Shown here in pieces: positions 9,790 to 22,717 of a DNA stretch of 64,000 nt. Each line of letters starts with the position of its first letter. Positions within the stretch are counted from its first letter, which is position 1. The notes below the pieces were generated by a model. That model ran no database searches. It saw nothing but the letters and a program-made list of their open reading frames with translations, and was not told where the DNA came from. The translations under genes and the position numbers were made by a program. The stretch comes from Macrostomum lignano (lineage: Eukaryota). The DNA lies in contig NIVC01000732.1 in the NCBI GenBank assembly GCA_002269645.1, positions 1-64,000 on the forward strand, read 5' to 3'.

Positions 9790-10901
9790 AGTGTAGATAC
9801 CCTTGAGCGAGTGCTCAACATGTACTTTTAGATCTCTTATTACTATTACTAGTTTATTAACTTTTAACTTGCGTTTTTCAATACGTTTCACGGCGTTATC
9901 AATAGGAATTCTATAGAAAATTTGGAGCAATATGATGGCAATTTAGATAAGCAAGCTTGACCAACTTTAACTCTTGCTCTTACAAATTATATACAATGTG
10001 TATGTATTGTCTGTATAGACTAAGCACTATAGGCCTTCTAAACACTGTCGGATCGGACACTTTCTGTAATTTCATCCGTTTTTGCAGCCATGTTGATTCG
10101 ACTGGAAAATTTCCAGGAAATTGACGTAGAAAATTTCCAGGAAATTGCGCATCTGAAATTTCCTGGAAATTGGAGTAGGAATTCTTTTAGGCTTTCGAAG
10201 AAAGTGCGCATCTGAAATTTCCTGGAAATTTTCGAGTGAAAAAAGAAAAAGAAATGACTACAATGCACTATGCAAGGTTGCACTGGTAGAGATAGGTAGC
10301 CTGTAGCAAAAAGACAGTTCGTGTACACTGCCCAGTTCCAGACTTGCAAACTTTCCCACCCTTTGCGCACTCGTATTGGCCTACAAGGCAGCGATAGACA
10401 GTCAGACAATCTCACGCCCACCCTCTGCGACAGCGTCAAACTTTAAGGTTCTGTTCTCTGAAAAATCATGTGATGTTTGGTAGAACTTCATAGTCCTCGT
10501 TGTACAAACTTTCATATGCTATTATACTACTTAGTTGCCTCAGCAGTAGCGTATGTACATGTATGCAGAAATACTTTCATAACAAGCTTGAAACAACTCA
10601 ATTGTTCCAACCCCGCTCCTCTTCTCCTCCGTTGTCAGGGTAAACAACCTGAAATCCCAGAGGTGATCCTCGGCTGAGCAGGCCCGGCGGTGGCGGTGCC
10701 GGTAGTCGTGCTTTTTGTGCGGAGTCTGGCAAAAGAAAACAAACACAAAACTTCTCTACTTAACTTCCTGATGTCAGTCGAAACACAGAATCACCACAAC
10801 CTGCATCGTCGCTGCTGTTCAACATCGCCTCCGTCCGGCGCCCATCAGGATGGAGGAGCCGACGGTGATTTCGAATTGCGACTGTCATTGGTCAGATTTG
10901 A

Positions 10902-11528
10902 ATGCCAGATAAGATCGTTGTAGCAATCAGCAACAACTTTAGTTTTCTAATGGAACTGAGAAACGCACGCAACGGCGGCGGCGTACCGGCCGCTGTGCAG
11001 CGTCGAAGTTACGAGAACAATGTCACCTGGTTTCAGTTCATTCTCGATAGTCAAGAGGACGGTCGTCTGGTGCCAAAGCGGCAGCAGCAACAGCGGCATG
11101 TGACTGTTTGGCACGTGTGGCAAGCGAACACTGTCGTTGGAAAGGAACCGGAGTCGGAAACATCAGGCTGGAGTTACACCGTCCGTCTGCCGAGGAAGTC
11201 GCCAGATTCGATCGGGACTGAGGCAGTCATCGAAGATGTGTTCGGCATGGCTTTTAAGATCGAAAGCTCGACGGATTACCAACAGTTTTTGAGCAGTTAC
11301 CATCGGATTGAGTGCCAGGTGACTGGAGCATCGTCGGTTCCTATCGGAGGATCGCCAAGTATTTATAAAACACTTGTTGAAGTTGGCGACGCCGCTTCAG
11401 ACCAGCTGGACGCGGTGCGCATCCGGGAGGTGCTGAATGATGTACACCTGTTCCAGTCGGGGCAGGTGGACATTGCGAACAACGCGACAGATGGAGTGCC
11501 GTCTTCTGCGCTGTTGATTGAGTACTGA
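10902..11528 (+). CDS. 208-aa protein, copy 1; possible PH-fold/REC114-like
   Basis: Intact ORF, duplicated at 17145. TWFQFILDSQEDGRLV, HVWQANTVVG, FGMAFKIES and IREVLND resemble REC114 motifs recalled from memory. The function call is weak (about 0.35); the ORF itself is well supported. Confidence 0.7.
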   Translation: MPDKIVVAISNNFSFLMELRNARNGGGVPAAVQRRSYENNVTWFQFILDSQEDGRLVPKRQQQQRHVTVWHVWQANTVVGKEPESETSGWSYTVRLPRKSPDSIGTEAVIEDVFGMAFKIESSTDYQQFLSSYHRIECQVTGASSVPIGGSPSIYKTLVEVGDAASDQLDAVRIREVLNDVHLFQSGQVDIANNATDGVPSSALLIEY

Positions 11529-11879
11529 TTGAGTACTGATCATTATGCATTGATGACGCGCGAATTTGACTAAGTCTCACTGAGCATACTAAATAACTAA
11601 GTAGTACTTGTTCAACATTTCTGCTCAGTTGATCGGCACCGATGCAACACCCGCTTGGTCGCTGACTAAATACAAGTTTTAGCAAACACCTTTAAAATCT
11701 GCTTCTTTGTATTGCGTTTAATTTCCTTTTTCTGTATGCAATAGTTGTACAAATAGTTGTACAAAGTTGTACAAATAGTTGTACAATTCGTACTGGTAGT
11801 TGTTACTGTCAATGGATCAATAGTAGTTAGTAGTAAGACGGATTTCTGAAAAAGTAAAAGTATTGAAAAACATTTATTC

Positions 11880-12740
11880 AGTGCTTGTACGCTGACCTAC
11901 CCTAGCTGAATGTGACGTATTCACAAATGAGATGACGGATCTAGCAAATAAAATTCTGGGCAAGCGCCGAAAAATCAGAAAGCCGTGGATCACCAGAGGT
12001 CCTCGATAGCTGCGACAGACGACGTGAGCTACGAAGCAAAAGACACGTGGGTCGCGGGAAAGAAAAGATGGACGAGTACAGAAAAAAGGAATTGCGAATA
12101 CAATTCTGATAGCATGCAGCCAAATAAGAATGTGCAGAGGAACAATCAAGGCTGGTGGAAAGCAACTCTAAGAGGAACAACAGGTCGGTCGGGATGCCCT
12201 TCTTCGGGATTGATGCAATTTTTTATATCCGTCATGTCTCCGGGGCCAGGGTGGAATGGTTGCCTCCGATTTGCGAGTTGTTGCATGTAAGTAGAGCCGT
12301 GAAGATGCGTCAGTTCAGGCAGCTTGAGCACCCTGGGAAGGATGCAATCAAGGCCCGCAGCAGCATCGGGCTACATCATGTCAAGGGCGTAACGAATTTC
12401 ACTCAGTGATGGGTTCAACATCGAAGTCGCTCTCTTTTGCCGGGTTGAGGCCCGGAATAGGGAGGAGGATCTGAGTCGCAGGTGACGGTGCGTTAAAGAC
12501 ACGGCTGTAGTGTTCCACCAGCTTTTGCTTCCTGTCCTCGATCGACTCAGCCCCGACAGCTGATTGTCCTTCCTTCCTGTCAAGTTGTTGATGGCCCGCC
12601 AGGCAGCTCTGGCAACGCAAATTCTCTTCTTCTCCACGAACTTCTTCGATAAAGAGACCTCGCACCGGTAAACGGCTTCCTCAAACGTTATTGCAAACTG
12701 CCAACTTTCTTCGGCATGAGAGGACGCGTGACGCGCCTTG
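11880..12740 (-). mobile_element. Degraded RTE-type non-LTR retroposon fragment (linker plus RT N-terminus)
   Basis: AAWRAINNLTGRK, DFDVEPIT, SIPKKG and LRRLSQ remnants with frameshifts; homologous to the element at 50528-52422. Confidence 0.65.
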
Positions 12741-13300
12741 ATTGGCTGCTCTGCCCTCGTTCTCACATCACACATCAACAAGGTGCGCAAGGTCGTCAAC
12801 ATTCGACCAGCTTGCACCCCCTCTGATCACAGTCTGCTTGCTTGCGAAGTGAAACTGCAATGGCTCACATTCAAGACTCTATTCCCTCTCCAAGCCAACC
12901 TTCGCAACCCTGACACGAAAACCAAGTTTGTCAGGCGTATCTTCGAATCTGACAGAAATCCAGCGATTTCCGCCAAATCCTTCGCCCCAGCTGTTAAAAC
13001 TGCTGCTCCTCTAAAACCTCTCATCTTCCCAAAGCGGTCTGTGACGCCGACCCACACATCGACAAGGCCAGGCGAGCGTTCAAAGCGTCATCGCTAAATG
13101 GGATCCCAACAGTGAAGCTCCCGCTCGTGCAAGGGAAGATCTCCAGAAAACCTATGCTCAACACACCAAGATGCATGTGGAAGAAGCCGTCAAGGAGATC
13201 AGCTCTGCGACTGAGGCGTCGCGACACAGAGCTGCCTGGCGCACCATCAACAAGTTCAGGAGGTATTGGGAAAGGAACCAGCATATGTAGAGGAGATTAT
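12740..13300 (+). mobile_element. Degraded RTE-type fragment (APE endonuclease C-terminus plus linker), opposite orientation
   Basis: VRKVVNIRPACTPSDHSLLACEVKL (SDH motif) and HRAAWRTINKF. Confidence 0.65.
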
Positions 13301-13319
13301 CAAGCGGAGAAAGCTTAAA

Positions 13320-13545
13320 TATTACGGACATCAGACGCAGAATTAGAGAGCTTGGCAAATGTCTGTGTTCAAGGAGCAATGGAAAATAAAAGAAGAGGAA
13401 CCCACCGAAAAGCCAATGGGAAGATAACCTGAAGGAATGGACCGGATGGACAATGGAGAGGTTAAGAAGAGCAGCGAAGGACAGGCAGTGGTAGCGGAAG
13501 CTGCTGCATGAATGGATGCCCCCACGGCCATGACTGCTACGTCGG
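13320..13545 (+). mobile_element. 3' end of an RTE (BovB-like) retroposon ORF
   Basis: YGHIRR...SQWEDNLKEWTGWTMERLRRAAKDRQW*RKL matches the RTE C-terminal motif. Confidence 0.65.
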
Positions 13546-13732
13546 TAAAAAAGACGTTGATCTTAAATGTCTAGTGCGAGCGTACGCAATACGATGGTCA
13601 ATCAGTACAAAAAAGGTAGCTTCCAATCTTGATTACATCATATACGCGTCACTGTGACTCGAAAGTTGACAACATGGTTTTCAGATAAACTGACCCCCTC
13701 GGTCTCAAAGTGCACCTTAACTTGGTCTTAAG

Positions 13733-14075
13733 TGGACTCTTCCTCGGTCACAAATTGAACTCTTCCTCAGTCACAAATTGAACTCTTCCTCAGTCACAAA
13801 TTGAACTCTTCCTCGGTCACAAATTGAACTCTTCCTCGGTCACAAATTGAACTCTTCCTCGGTCACAAATTGAACTCTTTCTCGGTCACAAATTGAACTC
13901 TTCCTCGGTCACAAATTGAACTCTTCCTCGGTCACAAATTGAACTCTTCCTCGGTCACAAATTGAACTCTTCCTCGGTCACAAATTGAACTCTTCCTCGG
14001 TCACAAATTGAACTCTTCCTCGGTCACAAATTGAACTCTTCCTCGGTCACAAATTGAACTCTTCCTCGGTCTCAC
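13733..14075. repeat. 23-bp minisatellite
   Basis: (GAACTCTTCCTCGGTCACAAATT)n; same family as 18230-19300. Confidence 0.95.
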
Positions 14076-14159
14076 AGGTTATTTTTTTTCATGTTTTCCA
14101 AATTTTCAGCACATTTTGAATACATAACGAATGAATTTATTACAATAAATTCTGTTCTT

Positions 14160-14255
14160 GGGTGGCACATTAAGCAATTGTATTCTTAATCAAATAAATT
14201 TGACTCATAACTGCGAACGCGGGCAATCCTGGTGCAGGATATTCCGGAAATATCC
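14160..14255 (-). pseudogene. Remnant of the ROPN1L last codons and 3' UTR
   Basis: RNILHQDCPRSQL* versus RNFLHQDCPPLQ* at 19561; flanks GGGTGGCAC..CTTAATCAAATAAA shared with 19510-19560. Confidence 0.75.
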
Positions 14256-14284
14256 ATAAAGAAGGGGCTCCGAGGAAGCCATAT

Positions 14285-14500
14285 TCATGCTTTCAAAGGC
14301 TGTAGAGGGCCGGGTTGGGCGCCCATAGTAGTTATGCGGCAGGTTCTGCCCTGGATTCTGTAGGGAGCGTCGAGGTTACCCTTGACGCTAAGGCCGATAG
14401 CCCACACGAGGCTGGCGTAACTGATGGAGGGGCGGATAATGGCAGTGTAAATCACCGCAGCTTCTTGGGAATGAGCCCCAAGGTGGTGCTCACGGTGCAC
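14285..14500 (-). mobile_element. Fragment of an R1/LOA/I-group non-LTR retroposon (RT thumb region)
   Basis: IYTAIIRPSISYASLVW...RIQGRTCRIT motif. Confidence 0.65.
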
Positions 14501-14814
14501 CTAGTCTAGTTAAATACATTTTGCACATGATTCTGGTTTAACTTTTCAGCTAGCAAGTAGCTCATGTGTAAATACCAGCAATTTCGGCCGATTACTCGTA
14601 TATTTAATGAATTAGATTAGGGTTCGTTTCGTGCTAATATACTTGTGGTGACCGGCCTGAGTATTCGTTCCAATCGTTGGATCGTTTCAATGAAATTGAT
14701 TTTTAGGTTTCAGAAATTGACGTTGGCTGTACAACTACTATAAGTAGTTATGCAAAACTAGCAAATAAAGATTACAATTTTTTGTATGAAGTGCTATGTA
14801 CATATTCTCGTATA

Positions 14815-15045
<231 letters not shown>

Positions 15046-17144
15046 ATAAGATGTTTTTGGACTGTGTGGTTCAAGCATCGCGAGCCCTTTGAGTCATAAA
15101 AATACATGTAGTAAATATAGTATAGATGGCTATAGCTGCTGTTATACTGTATATTGTCCCTTTCATTTTTTTGTTTGCTGAGCACAGTGGGCCGCTTCAG
15201 TCTCAGAAGTATCACGGCCAAAGAGTCCAAGATCCACATCTGCAGACAAGTGCCGTGTACACTCCTTTGTTATCCGATGCTGGCAGCGGCAGGGGCAAGA
15301 CAGACAGACAATTAAGACAATACATGTAGAGGCAGAATTACAATGGAATACAATGGAATGCAATGGAATTTTCCACACTTCCCCCAGAGTCGCAGTAAAT
15401 CCAGTGTTCCGTGCGTGAGCCTCTCAAGGTTGTTGTCATTGATGGCGAATGTGCATAGCCGTGACCAACCTTAATGAGAGGGGATTGGGGAGGGTGTTGA
15501 ATTCTGGCACTGCATCTAAAAAACTCTCTTGTGGAAAATTCCTCTCCAATACTCGTAAAACCTCGTGTGTCCGTTTACTATTGGCTACAGAGGCAGCTGC
15601 TGCGATAATCGCTCAACCCCACCGCCACCCGCTCCGCGGGAGCCCCCAACCCCTCCCTGCCCCCCTCTATAATTATCGGACGAAGGCGCAGTTGAGGCTT
15701 CGCCTGCCTTCTTTTTTGACACATTTTTAAATGGAGTCAATTCTGGGTAAGTTGGGTTGTAATTGTTGATTGTCTAATGTCTAATATTATTTTGTGCTGT
15801 TCAGTTAGCTGTTTTGGTAATCAATTCAGTGGCTGTATAATTACTATAATTACTAGTCTTTATCTGCGCGTCTTAGCTTGGTATAAAGATATTAGAGTAA
15901 AAGTCGGCCATGCTTGTTTATCTAAATTGCTATCATATATACTTATTGCTCCAATTGTAAATAAACTTCCTATAGTATTAGTATAAAACCGTGAAAACTT
16001 GAAATACATGAAAATTCAATGCCATAATTATAAGAATATATAACTAGCCTTATTCAGCTCAATCGCTGTAAGTCTCAGCTATAGTCTATATAAGATAACA
16101 TAGGCCTTCTAAGCACAGGCGAAACGGACTCTAGTGTGAGCTCAGCTGAGCAAAAAAATCCTTAAAAAGTTGTCCAACTACTACCTGTATTAACTAAAAT
16201 GTAAGTGTGCTTAATTCTAATAAAATTTAATTCTAAAATAACGTGAAGTGTGAATGTGATTAAAGTCAACTGTTCGTAATTTTATGCGTTATTTTGCAGT
16301 AATGTTAAAATTGCACGAACAATAAATTAAAATTAATAATAATTACTTTTATTATTATTACTATTATTACTGAGTAATAATAATCATGCAGCCATGTGGA
16401 TTCCAAAGGGAAATTTCCTGCAAATTGATGTAGAAATTGTTTTGGCCTTTCGGAAAAGTACGCCTCTAAAATTTCCGGGAAACTGTTGAGAAAATGACTA
16501 CAAATGCACTATGCAAGGTTTCCCTGTAGAGGTAGGTACCCTGTATAGCAAGACAACTCATGTACACTGCTGAGCTGAAGTTAGTTACTTAACTTTCTCA
16601 CTCTCTCTGCGAACTCGTATCGGCCTATAGGGTAGCGATGGCCATGCAGTCAGTCAGTGTAGGTCAGGGAGTCCCGCATCCACCCTAAGTGACAACGAAA
16701 AACTGTATGAGTTCTTTTTTCTTCTCATAAAAAACTCATGTGATGCTTGGAAGAACTGTGTTGTCCGTTTATACAAACCTTCATATGCTATACTACTTAT
16801 TGTTGTCTCAGCAGTATATCATGTACATTATGCATAAAAACTTTTCTAACAAGCATTAAACAACTCAATCTTTCTTCCGCCACTCCTTAACCGTTGTCAG
16901 GGTAAACAACCTGAAATCCCAGAGGTGATCCTCGGCTGAGCAGGCCCGGCGGTGGCGGTGCCGGTAGTCGTGCTTTTTGTGCGGAGTCTGGCTAAAAACT
17001 TCTCTATTTCTTTATGTCAGTCGAAACACAGAATCACCACAACCTGCATCGTCGCTGCTGTTCAACATCGCCTCCGTCCGGCGCCCATCAGGATGGAGGA
17101 GCCGACGGTGATTTCGAATTGTGACTATCACTGGTCAGATTTGA

Positions 17145-17771
17145 ATGCCAGATAAGATCGTTGTAGCAATCAGCAACAGCTTTAGTTTTCTAATGGAACT
17201 GAAAAAGGAACGCAACGGCGGCGGCGTACCGGCCGCTGTGCAGCGTCGAAGTTACGAGAACAATGTCACCTGGTTCCAGTTCATTCTCGATAGTCAAGAG
17301 GACGGTCGTCTGGTGCCAAAGCGGCAGCAGCAACAGCGGCACGTGACTGTTTGGCACGTGTGGCAAGCGAACACTGTCGTTGGAAAGGAACCGGAGTCGG
17401 AAACATCAGACCGGAGTTACACCGTCCGTCTGCCGAGGAAGTCGCCAGATTCGATCGGGACTGAGGCAGTTATCGAGGATGTGTTCGGCATGGCTTTTAA
17501 GATCGAAAGCTCGACGGATTACCAGCAGTTTTTGAGCAGTTACCATCGAATCGAGTGCCAGGTGACTGGAGCATCGTCGGTTCCTATCGGAGGATCGCCA
17601 AGTATCTATAAAACACTTGTTGAAGTTGGCGACGCCGCTTCAGACCAGCTGGACGTGGTGCACATCCGGGAGGTGCTGAATGATGTACACCTGTTCCAGT
17701 CGGGGCAGGTGGACATTGCGAACAACGCGACAGATGGAGTGCCGTCTTCTGCGCTGTTGATTGAGTACTGA
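17145..17771 (+). CDS. 208-aa protein, copy 2; possible PH-fold/REC114-like
   Basis: Intact ORF with 8 amino-acid differences from copy 1 (counted by eye). Confidence 0.7.
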   Translation: MPDKIVVAISNSFSFLMELKKERNGGGVPAAVQRRSYENNVTWFQFILDSQEDGRLVPKRQQQQRHVTVWHVWQANTVVGKEPESETSDRSYTVRLPRKSPDSIGTEAVIEDVFGMAFKIESSTDYQQFLSSYHRIECQVTGASSVPIGGSPSIYKTLVEVGDAASDQLDVVHIREVLNDVHLFQSGQVDIANNATDGVPSSALLIEY

Positions 17772-18229
17772 TTGAGTACTGATCATTGTGCATTGATGAC
17801 GCGCGAATTTGACTAAGTCTCACTGAGCATACTAAATAACTAAGTAGTACTTGTTCAACATTTCTGCTCAGTTGATCGGCACCGGTGCAACACCCGCTTG
17901 GTCGCTGACTAAATACAAGTTATAACAAACACCTTTAAAATCTGCTTGTTTGTATTGCGTTTAATTTTCTTTTTGGTGTATGCAATCGCTGTATAGTTGT
18001 AGCCCTTACTGTCAATGGATCGCTACATGTAGTAGTTAGTAAATCAGATTTGATTAAGTGTGGGAGCAAAAGTTTGAGCGCTTTGTACTCGTACGTTGAC
18101 CTTAAATGTCTATGAGCGTACTTATAGTACCCAAGCCTGGAAAGCAACACAGCAAGAGAATTCGGATCGCAAGGAACACAGAGGTGAAGCAACGGCCTTC
18201 ACACAAACTTCAATCCGGAGGCTCCGGAA

Positions 18230-19300
18230 GTGGACTTTTCCTCGGTCTCAAATTGGACTCTTCCTCAGTCTCACAGTGGACTCTTCCTCAGTCTCACAGT
18301 GGACTCTTCCTCAGTTTCACAGTGGACTCTTCCTCAGTCTCACAGTGGACTCTTCCTCAGTCTCACAGTAGACTCTACCTCGGTCTCACAGTGGACTCTT
18401 CCTCAGTCTCACAGTAGACTCTACCTCGGTCTCACAGTGAACTCTTCCTCGGTCTCACACTGGACTCTTCCTCGGTCTCACACTGGACTCTTTCTCAATC
18501 TCACACTGGACTCTTCCTCGGTCTCACAGTGGACTCTTCCTCGGTCTCACACTGGACTCTTTCTCAATCTCACACTGGACTCTTTCTCAGTCTCACAGTG
18601 GACTCTTCCTCGGTCTCACAGTGGACTCTTCCTCAGTCTCACAGTGGACTCTACCTCGGTCTCACAGTGGACTCTTCCTCGGTCTCACAGTGGACTCTTC
18701 CTCGATCTCACACTGGACTCTTTCTCAGTCTCACACTGGACTCTTCCTCGGTCTCAAATTGGACTCTTCCTCGGTCTCGAATTGGACTCTTCCTCGGTCT
18801 CAAATTGGACTCTTCCTCGGTCTCAAATTGAACTCTTCCTCGGTCTCAAATTGGACTCTTCCTCGGTCTCAAATTGGACTCTTCCTCGGTCTCAAATTGA
18901 ACTCTTCCTCGGTCTCAAATTGGACTCTTCCTCGGTCTCAAATTGAACTCTTCCTCGGTCTCAAATTGGACTCTTCCTCAGTCTCACGGTTGGACTTTTC
19001 CTCGGTCTCAAATTGGACTCTTCCTCGGTCTCAAATTGAACTCTTCCTCAGTCTCACGGTTGGACTTTTCCTCGGTCTCAAATTGGACTCTTCCTTGGTC
19101 TCAAATTGGACTCTTCCTCGGTCTCAAATTGAACTCTTCCTCAGTCTCACAGTGGACTCTTCCTCGGTCTCAAATTGGACTCTTCCTCAGTCTCACGGTT
19201 GGACTCTTCCTCGGTCTCAAATTGAACTCTTCCTCAGTCTCACAGTGGACTCTTCCTCGGTTTCTAATTGGACTCTTCCTCAGTCTCGCACACTGGACTC
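18230..19300. repeat. 23-bp minisatellite with variant units
   Basis: (GGACTCTTCCTCGGTCTCAAATT / ...CACAGT)n. Confidence 0.95.
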
Positions 19301-19560
19301 TTTAAGTGTACACCTTTAGCCGTCTCCAAGTAGACAGACAGATGAAGCACTCCTCAAGCGAATTAATTAACCACTCAGAAGCTCAAAATTAAATAAGAAC
19401 TCAGTTTCTTCTCAGAAGCTTGCATATGCGAGCGTGTATATTTGCAACTTGAATTTCTGCTTTTGTTATACCGGCTTACAAAATTTAATCATTAGAATCA
19501 AGTTAGTTTTTGGGTGGCACTTTGAGCATTTGTATACTTAATCAAATAAAATTTGCCCAA

Positions 19561-20816
19561 TCACTGCAAAGGCGGGCAGTCCTGGTGCAGGAAATTCCTC
19601 GGCTGGATGACACCCTTCTGTCGTTCCACGTCGCTAGCCAGGTGAGTGAGGGCTGCCTCGGCCACCTCGGGATCGGCCTCTTGGTTGAGGCTGTACAGGT
19701 ACAGGTAGAGCCGTTTCCAGGTGTCGAAATTCATTCGAGCCGGGCCGCCCTCCGGATCGGCTGTGAGCTGCTCGCAGATCAGCTTCATCGTGTCTGTCAG
19801 GTCGCCGCAGAGCGAGGCGCAAGCAACAGAGAAAAACTTCAGCCATTCCACTTTGCCTGTGAAGTCGCCAACCTTTGGGTTGGGAAACGGATAGAGTGCA
19901 TTTCATAGTTGGGCGGATCGGGAAGTAGCATTGTTGGATCTAGATATAATTATTATTGCGCCTGATTATCTAATTGGAATTGCGCCTGATAATCTAATTG
20001 TAATTGCGCCTGATAATCTAATTGTAATTGCGCCTGATAATCTAATTGTAATTGCGCCTGATTATCTAATTGTAATTGCGCCTGATTATCTAATTGGAAT
20101 TGCGCCTGATTATCTAATTGGAATTGCGCCTGATTCTTTAATTAGCTCGTATATAATTGGCTTGATCAACTACATGCAATTGGAATTGCACCTGATTATC
20201 TAATTGGAATTGCGCTTCGGTATCTAATTATAATTGCGCTTAATTATCTAATTTTAATTGCACTTGGTAATTTAGTTGGACTTACGATAGAAAGTTTTTA
20301 ATTGTGTAACATTAGTATTAGAGAAATGTGTCACCATCAATCAGGAATGTGCTTTTGTCTAGCAGGAAGGCTCAGTGTGAAAGAACTTAATTAATAATCT
20401 AAAAAGAATGCATGGTGCATGGCTGAACTATCTAATCTAACAGAACCAACCTGCAGCAGCTCCTGAAGCCGCTCTGACGGCAAATTGATTGCCCGCCATT
20501 TTTCGGCAATTTCGTCCGCCTCGACCTGCTTCTTCGGGCCCAGCTGTTTATTCAATACTCGCAACAGACCAGGCGTCAGTCCCGAGTCAGTCTTTTGGGT
20601 CGCCACCGCCATCTCAAGTCGCTCCTTCACTGGCGGCGTCTCGGCGTTGGCAATTGCTCGAAAATAGGCGGCAGACCACTGAAGCACGTCCTGCGGCTGC
20701 GTGCGAATGGCCGATTTGGTGTACTGCTTTAGCACGTCGGGTAGGCTGGGGGGAATCTGGATCTGCTCAGAGCAGTAGTACGGATCCTCTGGGTCTTCCT
20801 TTTTGTCGCGGGTCAT
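19561..20816 (-). CDS. ROPN1L: Ropporin-1-like protein (RIIa domain), 225 aa; exons 20816-20451 and 19872-19561
   Basis: YCSEQIQIPPSLPDVLKQYTKSAIRTQPQDVLQWSAAYF (RIIa/ropporin signature), VEWLKF and LTADPEGGPAR. GT-AG phase 0 join LLQ|VGDF. Confidence 0.93.
19950..20260. repeat. 24-bp minisatellite in the ROPN1L intron
   Basis: (ATTGCGCCTGATTATCTAATTGGA)n. Confidence 0.9.
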
Positions 20817-22717
20817 ATTGACAGATTATTTTGGCTGAAATAATAACAATTATTACAGATATTATTACAGTATTAACAATATTATTACAGAGCTGGTATC
20901 CAGAGAGGTATTTCCAGTTCTATTTTAAGATGAAGGCAATCTGAAGAGTGAAGATCCTGTTTCGCAAGGTTCCAAACGGATGAGGTTCCAGACGACGGTG
21001 AAAGAGTTTCTCTTTGGGCTTGCAGCGATCGAGGAGCCTACCTTATGCCCCATTTGCCATTAAAAAATTGTAGACAATTTCCAATTAAGCGAGGTGCTAC
21101 AAAGTAAATAACCGTACCCTTAATTTGATTCAAATACTTAAGATACGAATAATTATAGCTGTCGAGCTTTAGTAAAAATTCGATTTATTGTCATGCTTAC
21201 AAATTGCAGCACATTATCCAAATTTCCTAATTCTGTTTCTGTATAAGAAATAGCCATACACATAACACATATTTAAAACGAAAAACCAATGCAGTTGCAG
21301 TAAGTTAATTAATCTATTCGATGAAAATTAGTCTCTGAGAAAGCAAGCTCAACATAATAATTAAGCTTTCACCCTAAATATGTAAATAGAATCAACAATC
21401 AACGAGTCTTTCAATTAAAAACATAACTTGTTCTTAAGAAAATAACGTATAGCTTGAATTTTCAAGTGAGAAACGCATGAAATGAAATCAAGATAAATTA
21501 TTTTATTTTTATTTATTAAAAGCTTAAAACAGAAAAAGGTGCCTACTAAAACTGTTAGTTATTATTAAGCTTACCCTAGTTCGATTTAAAAAGCAAAATT
21601 TATATAGTTCCTTATGTAAAGAAAGTAGTCCTTGCTGTTAGTATTGGCGCTGTCGCATGCAAAAAAATCGAATTTAATACCAAAGTCGAAAAATTAGGTA
21701 ACCAATGTTGCTATAATAGTGCATAAGTAAATATTATGTTTAATTTTTATTCCACAAACTTTTGCTTATTTTTTGTAACTATATTACTATAGTATCTGAT
21801 TTTTGTGTCTTTGACAAAGGTTTTCTTATACTGCATATCTATGAACTCTAAAAAATAGGCGGTAAATCAAGCTTCTTTGATCTCAAGAATATTTTTATTG
21901 CAACAGCACCACGCAATACAAATCGAACTTATCCGAGCCTTCTTTCAATGTTTTAGCTTTAAGCAACAAGCAGCAGCTAAAATTATTGTAGAAATCTCAT
22001 ATAAAATTATAAACTTACGTATATTTGTAGTTCTCCACTTTTACACTATTGCATTGCTTTTTTATTGCTTGAAAACATGAAAACCTGAAATTTGTTGTGA
22101 ATATTTTTACGTCACAGTTGTGTTGAAGTGTTGCAAAGAAATACAAAAAAATAGTTCGAATGCTTTGTTATATAAAATGTGTCTGTCATTCTTTAATGCA
22201 ACAATTGTATTAAAAATTTAGTTAAATTTGCAACCTTAACCTTAACATCTTAAAGATTACCATTTGTGGTAATGTACCCATTATAAAGATTAATGTTTTT
22301 TTATTATATAGGATTATTAGCCATTAATGGTCCAAACCCTGAATACTTTTCTGTGTTTTAATCTGTGCTACATACTACATTAGATACTTTAGCATAAAGG
22401 ATTATACCAATAAACTCCTAATAGTATTAGTATGATAACATCCAATGATAAATTACTTTTCTCAAGGAAAATATCAATGATAATTAAATATCATATTTAA
22501 AAAAAATTCTCTTTGAATGTCTTAATTTTTAGGCAGAGCAAAATGTAGAGTTAAGATTTTTTAAAATTTAAGTGCATTATAATTTACATTATAATAAATA
22601 TAGTATTTTGTATCACAATTATGCATGATCAAGTCATCACCTAAATCTACTTTAACAACACTTGCATTTAGACTATTAAGTGTCGCATCGAGTCGAGTTT
22701 CACTACTAAAAGTAGTC

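Larger units (their letters stand above)
10030..14260. repeat. Segmental duplication copy 1 (partner ~16100-19610)
   Basis: Shared in order: ATAGGCCTTCTAA start, GCAGCCATGT..GAAATTG block, near-identical 208-aa gene, 23-bp minisatellite, and the ROPN1L 3' end. Confidence 0.8.
16100..19610. repeat. Segmental duplication copy 2
   Basis: Same ordered blocks as 10030-14260. Confidence 0.8.

Noticed and set aside
15126-15600. GC-richer, exon-like sequence between the duplication copies
   Set aside because: No consistent frame, splice pair or recognisable homology.
15682-15717. GAAGGC...GCCTTC hairpin followed by a T-run, near TATAAT
   Set aside because: The stem is only 6 bp, with no A/B box or recognisable ncRNA family.
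18096-19319. Long ORFs in the six-frame track over repeat arrays (also 7697-8617 alternate frames, 29026-29841, 45554-47769, 55511-57875)
   Set aside because: They are periodic translations of minisatellites, open in several frames, with no splice or domain support.
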